Shown: positions 9,124 through 17,368 of the stretch, piece after piece | Layout of the letters: each line of letters opens with the position of its first letter | How positions within the stretch are numbered: the first letter of the stretch is position 1 | IMG/VR virus record: IMGVR_UViG_3300035180_000994 | Span: 4,419-68,418 of that record | Reading direction: 5' to 3' (one strand) | DNA from: a virus | Length of the DNA stretch: 64,000 nucleotides | Program-made: the position numbers and the translations under genes | Notes under the pieces: model-generated | The model's database searches: none | Told to the model about the DNA's origin: nothing | Seen by the model: the letters and a program-made list of their open reading frames with translations, nothing else

Positions 9124-9926
9124 TATCTACTCGCCATCGACCTCGTCCCGTCCTCGACGGAGTAGAGCACCCAGAAGTCGTCCGCGAGGTTGGCGTCCAG
9201 GGCGTAGGCCAGGGGCATCCAGAAGTATCCGTGCTGGCCCCACTTCGGGCCCCAGGAGTTACGGACCAGGAGCAGTTCCTTCTCCAGGTCGTAGCCGCAG
9301 GCGACGACGGCGTGGCCGCCATAGCACTTGTCCTTCTTGCCGGGCATCTGGAGGTAGCCGGTCTTCGCGCACTGCTGGGACTCGAAGCCCTCATAGACCG
9401 TGAAGCCGAAGACCACGGGGTAGCCCGAGGCCAGGACACCCAGGAGATCCTCCTTGGTCTGATCCACGCGGGCGTAGCGTAGCACTTGGTTCTGGCTGGC
9501 GATCTTCATGTCCTCCACGTCGGGCTTGACCTGGAACTTGTCCACGTCGTAGGGCCATTGGTCTTCGGGGCAGACCCCGTATTTGGCCAGGACCTTCGCG
9601 CCGTCGCGGATCGTCGCCCCAGCATCTTCCTTGATGGTCCCCTCGATCTTCCGCTCCAGGTAGTAGATCATCAGGCGGCTGGGGGTCCAGCTCGGGAGCT
9701 TCTGGCGGATCTGGTCGAACTCGAAGGCCGCGCCCAGGGCGTTGGCCGTGCAGGAGCCAAGCTGGCCCTGGTCGTAGACGGCGGGCATGTTCCCCCGGAG
9801 GTCTACGTGCTGGGGTAGCCCCTGAACAGCCCCGTGCCGGTGGGCGGAGTAGGTCAGGTCCCTATGATCAGGGATGTCAGGTTTCCACCCATAACGGGCG
9901 GCGTGTTTCGTCTTGATTTCGGGCAT
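9123..9926 (-). CDS. papain-like cysteine peptidase, family C1 (xylellain-like)
   Basis: DQGQLGSCTANA (catalytic Cys), GGHAV (His), RNSWG (Asn); ATG at 9926 with GAGGAGG. Confidence 0.92.
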   Translation of the reverse strand: MPEIKTKHAARYGWKPDIPDHRDLTYSAHRHGAVQGLPQHVDLRGNMPAVYDQGQLGSCTANALGAAFEFDQIRQKLPSWTPSRLMIYYLERKIEGTIKEDAGATIRDGAKVLAKYGVCPEDQWPYDVDKFQVKPDVEDMKIASQNQVLRYARVDQTKEDLLGVLASGYPVVFGFTVYEGFESQQCAKTGYLQMPGKKDKCYGGHAVVACGYDLEKELLLVRNSWGPKWGQHGYFWMPLAYALDANLADDFWVLYSVEDGTRSMASR

Positions 9927-9938
9927 GGTGGGCCTCCT

Positions 9939-9958
9939 CAATAGAGGCCCTGGAAGTT
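9939..9958 (-). promoter_or_regulatory. class L promoter motif
   Basis: AACTTC-N8-CTATTG directly upstream of RBS. Confidence 0.6.
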
Positions 9959-10288
9959 CTACCGGGTGTGCAGGCTCACACCGCCGCCGAAGAGGCCCTG
10001 GAAGAACGAGATCCAGCCACGACGCGGCTTCGGCTCCCACTTCTCCATCTCCCGACGCTTGGCGATCCGGGGGAAGGTGTGGCAGTTTTCGTAGTCGGTG
10101 TCGATACAGGTGAACGCCTTGACGACCGGCAGCTCGGCCCCCAGGCTACCCAGGCGGGCGCGGGTCAGGTAGGCCGCGAGCTGACGCTCACAGCTCCGAC
10201 GGGCCTGCTCAGGGGAGTCCCCCTCACCCTCGAACTGGGCGCTCAGGTGCGCGGGGATGATCGTGGCGGCAAATTTGGTGTGATACAC
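9959..10288 (-). CDS. hypothetical protein
   Basis: GTG start after GGAGG; downstream of nested E and M motifs. Confidence 0.6.
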   Translation of the reverse strand: MYHTKFAATIIPAHLSAQFEGEGDSPEQARRSCERQLAAYLTRARLGSLGAELPVVKAFTCIDTDYENCHTFPRIAKRREMEKWEPKPRRGWISFFQGLFGGGVSLHTR

Positions 10289-10307
10289 AGGGACTTCCTC
10301 CACTACC

Positions 10308-10336
10308 TAGTAGGGGATGATACCCGAGGGATGCAC
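10308..10336 (-). promoter_or_regulatory. class E motif with a class M motif nested in its spacer
   Basis: GTGCATC-N15-CCTACTA; spacer contains GGGTATCATC (10316-10325). Confidence 0.65.
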
Positions 10337-10338
10337 CC

Positions 10339-11466
10339 TTACTGCTTGGGGACGAGCCGGACGATCTTCACGGGGGTGTGCAGCGGGCCGTCGTGGAGCA
10401 GCAGGTCCAGGACCGGCTTGCTCTCGGCCCAGCGGCTGGCCTCGTTCTGGTCGTAGAACTTGGTGGCCTGGGACTGCTTGTCCACGAGGCGGGCATCCAT
10501 GGCAGCCACGTAGGCGTCGGCGCCGGGGGCGAGGTGGACATACTTGTCCCCGACCTTCAGCACGTGGGATGGCAGCCCAGCGGTGCGGGCACTGGCCGTA
10601 GGGCGGGCAAGGTCAGTCTTCTCCGCCGGAATGACTTTCTTGCCCTTCAGATCCTCATGGAGCTTGGCCTTCGCCGTGTCTCCATCAGGGGCGGTGATGA
10701 CCTGGGCCTTGGAGTCATTGGGTGCATCAGTGACCTGAGCGGCTTCGGCCTCGGCCTTGCCCTCTTCAGTCTCCCGGATGGACCAGGAGCCATCCTCGCG
10801 GTGCACACCCACGAAGGTCTTGTCCTTGGCGACGACGGCCACTGGCGGCATGAAGTTGTCCTTGGCGGACTCGAAGTCGTCGATCATGAAGATCATGTCG
10901 CCGTCCTCGAAGGCATCCCCGTTCTTCGTCAGGGTGTAGCCGTCCTCGGTCTTGAGCTTGGAGCCCTGGGGCAGGGTCTTCAGCGTCTCGACGAAGGCGG
11001 GCCACTCGGGGCTCTCGGGGTCCACGAAGATCAACGCGGCGGTGCGCTGGAATAGCGCAGCCTTCTTGCCCTGAACGGGCTCGGGGGTCGGCAGGAGGCC
11101 CTTGGCCTCGGCGTAGCGGTAGGCAGAGGTGTGCATGTCATGGGGATCCAGGTCCCCAGCATCGACAGCGGCGGTGACGTGCTCGTCCCACCAGGAGACG
11201 ATGGAGGCCCCCGCATACTTCAGGGCGACGTGGGCACGGCCCTTCTCGGCCCAGCGCACCAGCTCGGTGGCTTCCTTGGGCACGTAGGCTGCGCCCTTGG
11301 TGTTGGTCACGCGGTTCCCGAACCGGTCGTCCTGGTTGGAGTCACGGTAGTCCTGGGTGGAGTTCGGCTGGCCGGGGGTCTGCTCCAACAGCTCGGGGTC
11401 CACGTCGGATTCATCCGGGATGTGGGTCACGGCGGCGAGGTGTTGCTTGGTGAACAGAGTGGCCAT
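10339..11466 (-). CDS. multi-segment protein with K/R-x-A linkers, putative internal head protein
   Basis: 375 aa; KGAAY, KKAALFQRTAAL, RTAGL separate compact segments; in a class L unit. Confidence 0.6.
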   Translation of the reverse strand: MATLFTKQHLAAVTHIPDESDVDPELLEQTPGQPNSTQDYRDSNQDDRFGNRVTNTKGAAYVPKEATELVRWAEKGRAHVALKYAGASIVSWWDEHVTAAVDAGDLDPHDMHTSAYRYAEAKGLLPTPEPVQGKKAALFQRTAALIFVDPESPEWPAFVETLKTLPQGSKLKTEDGYTLTKNGDAFEDGDMIFMIDDFESAKDNFMPPVAVVAKDKTFVGVHREDGSWSIRETEEGKAEAEAAQVTDAPNDSKAQVITAPDGDTAKAKLHEDLKGKKVIPAEKTDLARPTASARTAGLPSHVLKVGDKYVHLAPGADAYVAAMDARLVDKQSQATKFYDQNEASRWAESKPVLDLLLHDGPLHTPVKIVRLVPKQ

Positions 11467-11481
11467 GGGGTCTCCTGGGGC

Positions 11482-12054
11482 TCAGGGGGGTGAGTCGATG
11501 GTAGTCGAGGCAGGACGTTTTTCTTCGGCGCGAATAATCGCCTCAATGAGCGCCTTCAACACCCCGTTGGAGAAGGCGTAGTAGGCGACGTTCTTCCAGC
11601 AGTTGGCGCTGTCAGCGTCGTTCTTGTCGGTGACGGCTTTCGCCCCGGCATCCCGAAGGTATGACAGGGCATGGGCCTTGGCCTGGGACAGGAGCATGAT
11701 CCCGAAGCCTTGAATCTGGATCTCGGGGTCGTAGGCGCTGGCCTTCTTGGACGCCTGGGGGCCCGGCGCGAAGGCACGGGTGCCTCCAGTGGGGTGTGGG
11801 ACGCGCTGCTGGGGAGACTGGGTGTCCGGGATGGTCTCGTCGGCCTGCCCCATCGTCAGCTCACGGATGGACTGCTGGTGATCCTCGGCGATGGAACCCC
11901 CGGCTGACTTCGCCCGGGAGATCCCGATGCTGATCGCCTTACCTTCATCCCCAGTCTCTTCCAGGACGGCGTTGGCGATGCCGATGGCCTTCCGACGCAC
12001 CTTGGGGTCAAGGTTTTTCATCGACGCTGGGTAATCACCGGGGGACCAGGGCAT
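11482..12054 (-). CDS. protein with N-terminal YdaT/ChaB-like helical domain
   Basis: MPWSPGDYPASMKNLDPKVRRKAIGIANAVLEETGDEGKAISI; KSAG and KKASA linkers. Confidence 0.7.
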   Translation of the reverse strand: MPWSPGDYPASMKNLDPKVRRKAIGIANAVLEETGDEGKAISIGISRAKSAGGSIAEDHQQSIRELTMGQADETIPDTQSPQQRVPHPTGGTRAFAPGPQASKKASAYDPEIQIQGFGIMLLSQAKAHALSYLRDAGAKAVTDKNDADSANCWKNVAYYAFSNGVLKALIEAIIRAEEKRPASTTIDSPP

Positions 12055-12077
12055 GGGCACACCTCGCCTAAACACTT

Positions 12078-12097
12078 CACTATCGTAGCGGAAAGTC
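12078..12097 (-). promoter_or_regulatory. class L promoter motif (variant)
   Basis: GACTTT-N8-ATAGTG upstream of 12054. Confidence 0.5.
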
Positions 12098-12125
12098 AAG
12101 ACGGTATTGGGGAGAATCACCGAAC

Positions 12126-12305
12126 TTAGTCCCAATCCTCGTCGTCGGCGAAGCCCTTGGTCTCCGGTGTGGAGCGCACGGGGGCGTCGTGGACCTGATC
12201 ACGAGAGAACACGGGCTCCCCCTGGGCGTTCCGGGCGATGGACTCCTCTCCGGCCTTGACGTTGTAGCCGATCTCGCGCCACCCCGCGTAGGTTAGCTTC
12301 TTCAC
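12126..12305 (-). CDS. 59-aa protein resembling the ArdC-N/ssDNA-binding core (missed by ORF track)
   Basis: MKKLTYAGWREIGYNVKAGEESIARNAQGEPVFSRDQV...WD*; fills the gap after 12307 exactly. Confidence 0.65.
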   Translation of the reverse strand: MKKLTYAGWREIGYNVKAGEESIARNAQGEPVFSRDQVHDAPVRSTPETKGFADDEDWD

Positions 12306-12306
12306 C

Positions 12307-12606
12307 TCAGCCCTCGGTAAGGTAGGACAGGTTGATGATGTTGATGAACTCTGTGAGGGACATCTCGAACCAGCCGTCGTCTTTCATCTGGTTCCGCAGG
12401 TAGGTTGGCACGTCCAGGTCCAGCACGCTGACGCGGATGCCTTCATCCTCGGGGCTGAAGGGGATCACGCCCATCGGGGTCCGCACCAGGAGCCGCTTGA
12501 ACTCGGGGTCGAAGCGCATCTGCGAGGATAGGAAGGGCTCGGTGAACCCAGGGATCTTCACTTGGTAGTTGACTTGCAGCAGCAGGGGCGTTCGCTCAGT
12601 GGACAT
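12307..12606 (-). CDS. hypothetical protein
   Basis: ATG at 12606 with GGAGGA RBS; class E motif upstream. Confidence 0.7.
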   Translation of the reverse strand: MSTERTPLLLQVNYQVKIPGFTEPFLSSQMRFDPEFKRLLVRTPMGVIPFSPEDEGIRVSVLDLDVPTYLRNQMKDDGWFEMSLTEFINIINLSYLTEG

Positions 12607-12625
12607 AGGGTATTCCTCCACTCCC

Positions 12626-12654
12626 TAGTAGGCCGGGATCCCCAGGTGATGCAC
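12626..12654 (-). promoter_or_regulatory. class E promoter motif
   Basis: GTGCATC-N15-CCTACTA with GGGATCCC palindrome in the spacer. Confidence 0.65.
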
Positions 12655-12656
12655 CC

Positions 12657-13361
12657 CTACTTGCGGCGGGGGAGCAGCAGGGTGGGAACCCCTGCCCTCT
12701 TGGATGCCATGGCAGGCACCGGCGCAGCGGGCTCGAACCCAGCGATGGGGCCCAGGTCGTGCCAGCCGGTTGTGGAGCCCTGAACGGGCTTGCCCTGGAC
12801 CATGGGTTGCTTGGCCTGGAAGAAGAAGGGGCGCTGGCCCTGGATCCCGGCGACATCCGCCAGGGCGTTGACGTTCGCGGCGGTGGTCATGGTCGGCCAC
12901 CCGGCCCAGGAGGCGAAGGCGTGGCCGTTCTCGACATAGAAGATGGGGTTGCCGTGCAGGGAGATGACCTTGCCGTCGGTGCTCAGGTTGCCGGACTTGC
13001 CCGGGCGGCCCTGGATGGCGAGGTTGTAGACGGCCTCGGACTGCAAGCGGGGGATCCGGGCCTCCTTGGAGGCAGCCGTGGGTGCGGCGGCGGGGGCCTC
13101 AGGAGCAGCAGGCTCTTCCGGGGGAGGCGGGGGCAGGGCGGCGACAGCCTCGGAGGCGGAGGACACGAGCTGCTCGGCCTTCTGCTTCTGGACGAAGATG
13201 TTGTCCCGGATGGCCTTGAGCTGAGCGCCCAGCTCGCTCCCGATGGGGAGGTTCAGCAGGGCGTCGTCCACCTTGAAGTAGGTGTCGGAGAGGGCCTTGG
13301 CCACCGTGGTGACGGTCTTGTGCACGGCCTCGGTTTGCTTGGCGGGATCGTTCGCTGCCAT
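12657..13361 (-). CDS. two-domain hypothetical protein with KEAR/KRAG linkers
   Basis: 234 aa; helical N-domain, Pro/Ala linker, globular C-domain. Confidence 0.7.
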   Translation of the reverse strand: MAANDPAKQTEAVHKTVTTVAKALSDTYFKVDDALLNLPIGSELGAQLKAIRDNIFVQKQKAEQLVSSASEAVAALPPPPPEEPAAPEAPAAAPTAASKEARIPRLQSEAVYNLAIQGRPGKSGNLSTDGKVISLHGNPIFYVENGHAFASWAGWPTMTTAANVNALADVAGIQGQRPFFFQAKQPMVQGKPVQGSTTGWHDLGPIAGFEPAAPVPAMASKRAGVPTLLLPRRK

Positions 13362-13369
13362 GGGGGCTC

Positions 13370-13639
13370 CTACTGCCAGTTGTATTCGTCAGCCAGCTTG
13401 ACCATCTGGTCGGTCAGGTGGTTGATCTGGATCTCGGGGATCCCGTTGAGGATCTGGGCGGCCTTGGAGAGGTCCTTGCCCGTGTTCTGATAGTAGTCCA
13501 GCAGCACGGCCTTCACAGCTTCGGCCCGGACGCCAGGATCAGCGTTGCTCAGGCCGGAGAGAAGGTGCTCGATGGACCCGTCGCGCCGGGCGTAGACCAT
13601 CAGGCCGGTCGCGGGGGGGAGTGTGGGGATGGGGGACAT
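13370..13639 (-). CDS. hypothetical protein (start revised to MSPIPT)
   Basis: ATG at 13639 with GGAG RBS after a class L motif. Confidence 0.65.
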   Translation of the reverse strand: MSPIPTLPPATGLMVYARRDGSIEHLLSGLSNADPGVRAEAVKAVLLDYYQNTGKDLSKAAQILNGIPEIQINHLTDQMVKLADEYNWQ

Positions 13640-13647
13640 AGCAGCTC

Positions 13648-13667
13648 CACTAGGGAGGCAGGAAGTC
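13648..13667 (-). promoter_or_regulatory. class L promoter motif
   Basis: GACTTC-N8-CTAGTG. Confidence 0.65.
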
Positions 13668-14580
13668 AGTTCGGCCCGCCGAAACGATAGGAGAAGCCAC
13701 CCACCATGTAGTTGCCCACGATGCCGCCAGTGATGCCCAGGTGTGTGGTCATCCGATAGTCCAGCAGGGCCGCAGGCATCCACTTTGAGGGCTGATTGGG
13801 GTCGTTGCTGAAGGTGAGGGACCGGGCGGGGCCGAGGGTGATCGTCCAGCGGGGGACATCCGGGGCGCCGCCGGGCAGCGTGCTCGGGGAGAAGCTGGCG
13901 GTGGCGTCGGAGATCGGGATGTTCTCCTCGCCGACCTTCGAGCCGTCAGGCCGGAAGACCGTGCGACGGAGGTTGAACGTCCCGAAGTAGCCACCGTCCT
14001 TCTTCTTCCACTCGACCACCGAGGGCTTGAAGTCCTCACGGTAGTTCGTCCAGTCTCCGAGCAGGCGCTTGGTGGGGTCCTTGGCCTTGGGGTCGTAGGT
14101 GAGGCTGACCTCGGTGAGGGCCGGGCCGCCGGTGCGCCCCTGGAGCATCCGGGCTTCCTTGAAGGAGCCGTCCTGCCCGGGGGTGACCGGTGTGGTCGTG
14201 CCCTGGTTCCTCACCAGCTCGGCGATGATCCGGCCCTGAGCCTCGAACATCGCCTGCATCTGGTTGCCCTGGGCCTTCATCTGGGCGACGATCTGCCCCT
14301 GGTTGGCCGTGGCTGCCAGGAGGGCGGCGTTCTGGTTCTCCAGGATCTTCCCCTGGCCGACCACGGAGTCCCCGATGACCTGGAATTTCGTCTCCAACGT
14401 GCTGGTCTTGGCGACCTGCTGCTGGAGGGCGGCCTTGGTGTCCCGGTAGTCGTTCCAGACGTAGATGGCCACGGCCACCCCAAGGACAGACAGGATGATC
14501 CTGATCTTCCCGGTGGCCCAAATCTCCTTGATGCGAGCCTGGGCCTGGATGATCTCGGGGCTGTCCTTGAGGGGGTCCAT
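13666..14580 (-). CDS. membrane-anchored coiled-coil protein with C-terminal amphipathic beta strands (spanin-like candidate)
   Basis: N-terminal TM IILSVLGVAVAIYVW; Q-rich coiled coil; ends ...GGFSYRFGGPN. Confidence 0.55.
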   Translation of the reverse strand: MDPLKDSPEIIQAQARIKEIWATGKIRIILSVLGVAVAIYVWNDYRDTKAALQQQVAKTSTLETKFQVIGDSVVGQGKILENQNAALLAATANQGQIVAQMKAQGNQMQAMFEAQGRIIAELVRNQGTTTPVTPGQDGSFKEARMLQGRTGGPALTEVSLTYDPKAKDPTKRLLGDWTNYREDFKPSVVEWKKKDGGYFGTFNLRRTVFRPDGSKVGEENIPISDATASFSPSTLPGGAPDVPRWTITLGPARSLTFSNDPNQPSKWMPAALLDYRMTTHLGITGGIVGNYMVGGFSYRFGGPN

Positions 14581-14589
14581 GGTGCTCTC

Positions 14590-15711
14590 CTACTTGGCGC
14601 TGCTGATCCGGAAACGGGCCATCTTGAGTGCCCCCATCGCTACAGCATACAAGGGATCCGCCGCCTGGGTGGCATTGGTGCTGTGGGGGAAGCGGAGGTC
14701 CAACTCGGACAGGACCAGTTCGTCGAAGAGCTTGAGGAACCCGGGGGCGCAGGTGGTGCCGCCGCCAACGAGGACAGGGATGTTCTCGGGGATCTCTACG
14801 CGGTTCTCGGATCGGGAGAAGAAGTCGTTCATCGCGTCACGGAGCTTGGTGAGCAGCTCCCGATACATCAGGGAGATCGCCTCGGCCTGCCGCTCGGACT
14901 GCGTGTCGTGGAAGGTCGTCTGGTTGACGATCTTGCCGGTGAGGAGATCCACACCTCCGACATCCCCGCCTTCCTTGAGGATTGTCACCTGGGTCAGGGG
15001 GCTGTTCGTGGCCTTGGCTGCCGACTCGTCGATGAAGTCGCCGCCGAAGGGCAGCGAGAAGCTGCGGATCAGCATGGACTTGTAGACCAGGGCGATGTTG
15101 ATCATCCCGGCGCCGAAGCTCAGGGACAGGGCGGTCAGGGGTGGGGTGTCATCCGTGGGGGTCTGGGTCTCTGCATAGACGAGAGCCATGGCCTCGTTGA
15201 TGGGCATGGGCTTGTAGCCCAGCTCCTTCAGCCGGTCGGAGAAGAAGCGGGTGTGATACTGGGCCTTGGCGGTGTCACCATCGAGGGGCACGCCGGGGAC
15301 GGAGAAGACAGCCAGCTCACCCTCGACCCGGGCGGGGCCCATGGAGGAGCGGAGCAGGAGGTTCAGGACCTCCTTGGACAGGTCTTCCTTCTCGGAGACG
15401 AAGCCACGGGCCAGGGGGCGCCGGAGCTGGCCGCCCAGCACACCCGCGATGGTCACCGCGTCGGCGCCGACGACGAAGAGGTTGTTGCCGTCCTCGGAGG
15501 AGTAGACGGTGACGCCAGCGGCCTCCAGGTTCATCTGCTCTTCAGCGGGGAAGCTGATGAAGCAGTCGCGGTGCATGGTGATCTCGACCTCACTCACGCC
15601 GTAGCGAGCTGAGGCGATGTTGGCCGTGCCGATGTCCACGCCGTGGCCGAGCAGGGGCTGGCCGGGGGTGGCCACCGCGTCAGGCTTCGCGGTCTTCTTG
15701 GGGGTGGTCAT
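14590..15711 (-). CDS. actin-superfamily ATPase (MreB/MamK/volactin-like)
   Basis: GVDIGTANI (phosphate 1), INEAMA (connect 1), SFGAGMINI (phosphate 2), FGGDFID, VGGGTT (adenosine), DPLYAVAMGA. Confidence 0.88.
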   Translation of the reverse strand: MTTPKKTAKPDAVATPGQPLLGHGVDIGTANIASARYGVSEVEITMHRDCFISFPAEEQMNLEAAGVTVYSSEDGNNLFVVGADAVTIAGVLGGQLRRPLARGFVSEKEDLSKEVLNLLLRSSMGPARVEGELAVFSVPGVPLDGDTAKAQYHTRFFSDRLKELGYKPMPINEAMALVYAETQTPTDDTPPLTALSLSFGAGMINIALVYKSMLIRSFSLPFGGDFIDESAAKATNSPLTQVTILKEGGDVGGVDLLTGKIVNQTTFHDTQSERQAEAISLMYRELLTKLRDAMNDFFSRSENRVEIPENIPVLVGGGTTCAPGFLKLFDELVLSELDLRFPHSTNATQAADPLYAVAMGALKMARFRISSAK

Positions 15712-15742
15712 GTGGATCTCCTAGACGGTGCCCGTGACGGGC

Positions 15743-17359
15743 TCAGGGGTGGGCTTCTTCGCCTTCTTGGCGCGGGGCTTGGGTTTGGGGGGCCAGCTTC
15801 ACGGTCTTGCCGATGACCTGGGTTGGACGGGGCTTGGGTGCGGGTGCGTCAGGCATCTGCCGGACAGCGGTGACCCCCTTGATGAGCACGGGGGTGGGCT
15901 TCTTGGGGATGATACCCTCCACCTGCTTGGTGACCTTGATGCCGACGATGGGCTTGAACTGCTTGGCCCGCTGGTCTAGGATCGTCTGCTCCAGGCTGGG
16001 GTGGTGCTCCCGGAGGAACACGGTGGTGATGTGCAGGGAGGGGGAGAACAGCTCGGCCAGGGCCTTGATGTCGTGGCCGGTGTGCGTGGCCTTGAAGTGT
16101 TTGAGGACCTGGGTGCGGATGGCCTGGGTGAAGGAGTCCAGGTGCTTGGGCGCCCGGATGTCCCCGGAGAGGATCCGGTCGGCCATGGGCGCCATGAGGG
16201 CCATGAGGTCGTAGTTCTTGGCCACGAGGGCGGCCCGGATGACCGACGTGACGGTCGCTGTGGTGTCCTTGGGGATCTCGATGATCGGCGCGGGGACGAT
16301 GACGACGGCGTCGCCGGGCTTGAGCTGGCGGAGTGGCAGCTCGGGGATGGCCTTGAGCACGTCCGAGGGGGTCAGGTCAAAGGTCTTGCCATGGTGGTTG
16401 AGGATGTCCGAATAGGTCTTGATCCGCGTGTCGTCCCCGAACATCGTGGTCACCACGGTCTCCCGGATGACGTGCCAGAGGATCGTCGCGGTCTTCGGGC
16501 TCTTGATGACCTTGCCCCGGATGGCCTCGACCGTCTTGGTCAGCAGGACCTTCACGTCCTTTTCGCCCTGGAGGATCAGCCCCTTGACGAAGCGCGTGGG
16601 GGTCTGCTCGCGGGAGGTGTGGTGCTTGAGGGTGGCAGTGCCGCGTTCGGTGGACGTAGGCGACTCCTCTTCATCGGGGCCCAGGAACGCCTTGAGGGCA
16701 TCCTCGTTGAAGGCTCGGTCGTCGTGGATGGCGGTCTCGGCCTCGATCCCCATCTCTTCGAGAAAAGCCTTCACGGGCTCGGAGTAGTAGAACACCCGAT
16801 GGGCATCGGGGACGTGGCTGAGGTCCAGTAGGTTGTGGATCAGGGTCTGGACGTTGACCATCTTGGTCTTCTTGTCGATCCGGACCATGGCGAGGTCACC
16901 ATCGACGGCCATGACGAGTCCGCAGTAGTCCCGGGTCTGGCCATCGAGGATCCGCACCCAGGAGCCGACCTTGATCGTCTGGGCCCGCTTGTAGTGGGCA
17001 TCCCAGCACTGCTTGATCAGGCCCTGGACGTAGTCGTCGGGGACGCGGAGGAACTTGGTGTGCCGGGTGGACTCATCCTTGGCCAGGACGCCCTGCACGC
17101 CGGTGACGCGCTTGAGCTTCCCGACCTTCAGGGGGTTGTCCGCCCGGACGAACACGTAGCACTCCGTGAGGAGTACGAAGGTGTCGAGGTCGCGCTGGAT
17201 CACCGGGATGAATACCTCAGCGGCGTCCTCCTGGAAGATGTCCTTCATGGCCTTCCCGATCCGCTTGATCGTCTCCTCGGAGGTCTTCTCCGAGCGGAGT
17301 TCGAGCATGAACCACTGGTCTGTGGTGATCGGATTTACACCTGGGTATTCGAGAATCAA
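15743..17359 (-). CDS. NusG-family transcription antiterminator with long C-terminal extension
   Basis: NGN (QWFML...EVFIPV...CYVFV...VTGVQGVL...VPDDYV) + KOW (IKVGSWVRILDGQTRDYCGLV) in the first ~180 aa of 538. Confidence 0.82.
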   Translation of the reverse strand: MILEYPGVNPITTDQWFMLELRSEKTSEETIKRIGKAMKDIFQEDAAEVFIPVIQRDLDTFVLLTECYVFVRADNPLKVGKLKRVTGVQGVLAKDESTRHTKFLRVPDDYVQGLIKQCWDAHYKRAQTIKVGSWVRILDGQTRDYCGLVMAVDGDLAMVRIDKKTKMVNVQTLIHNLLDLSHVPDAHRVFYYSEPVKAFLEEMGIEAETAIHDDRAFNEDALKAFLGPDEEESPTSTERGTATLKHHTSREQTPTRFVKGLILQGEKDVKVLLTKTVEAIRGKVIKSPKTATILWHVIRETVVTTMFGDDTRIKTYSDILNHHGKTFDLTPSDVLKAIPELPLRQLKPGDAVVIVPAPIIEIPKDTTATVTSVIRAALVAKNYDLMALMAPMADRILSGDIRAPKHLDSFTQAIRTQVLKHFKATHTGHDIKALAELFSPSLHITTVFLREHHPSLEQTILDQRAKQFKPIVGIKVTKQVEGIIPKKPTPVLIKGVTAVRQMPDAPAPKPRPTQVIGKTVKLAPQTQAPRQEGEEAHP

Positions 17360-17368
17360 GTCAGCCCC

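Noticed and set aside
9943-10004. 14-bp direct repeat AGAGGCCCTGGAAG
   Set aside because: Only two copies, one in coding sequence; no element between them.
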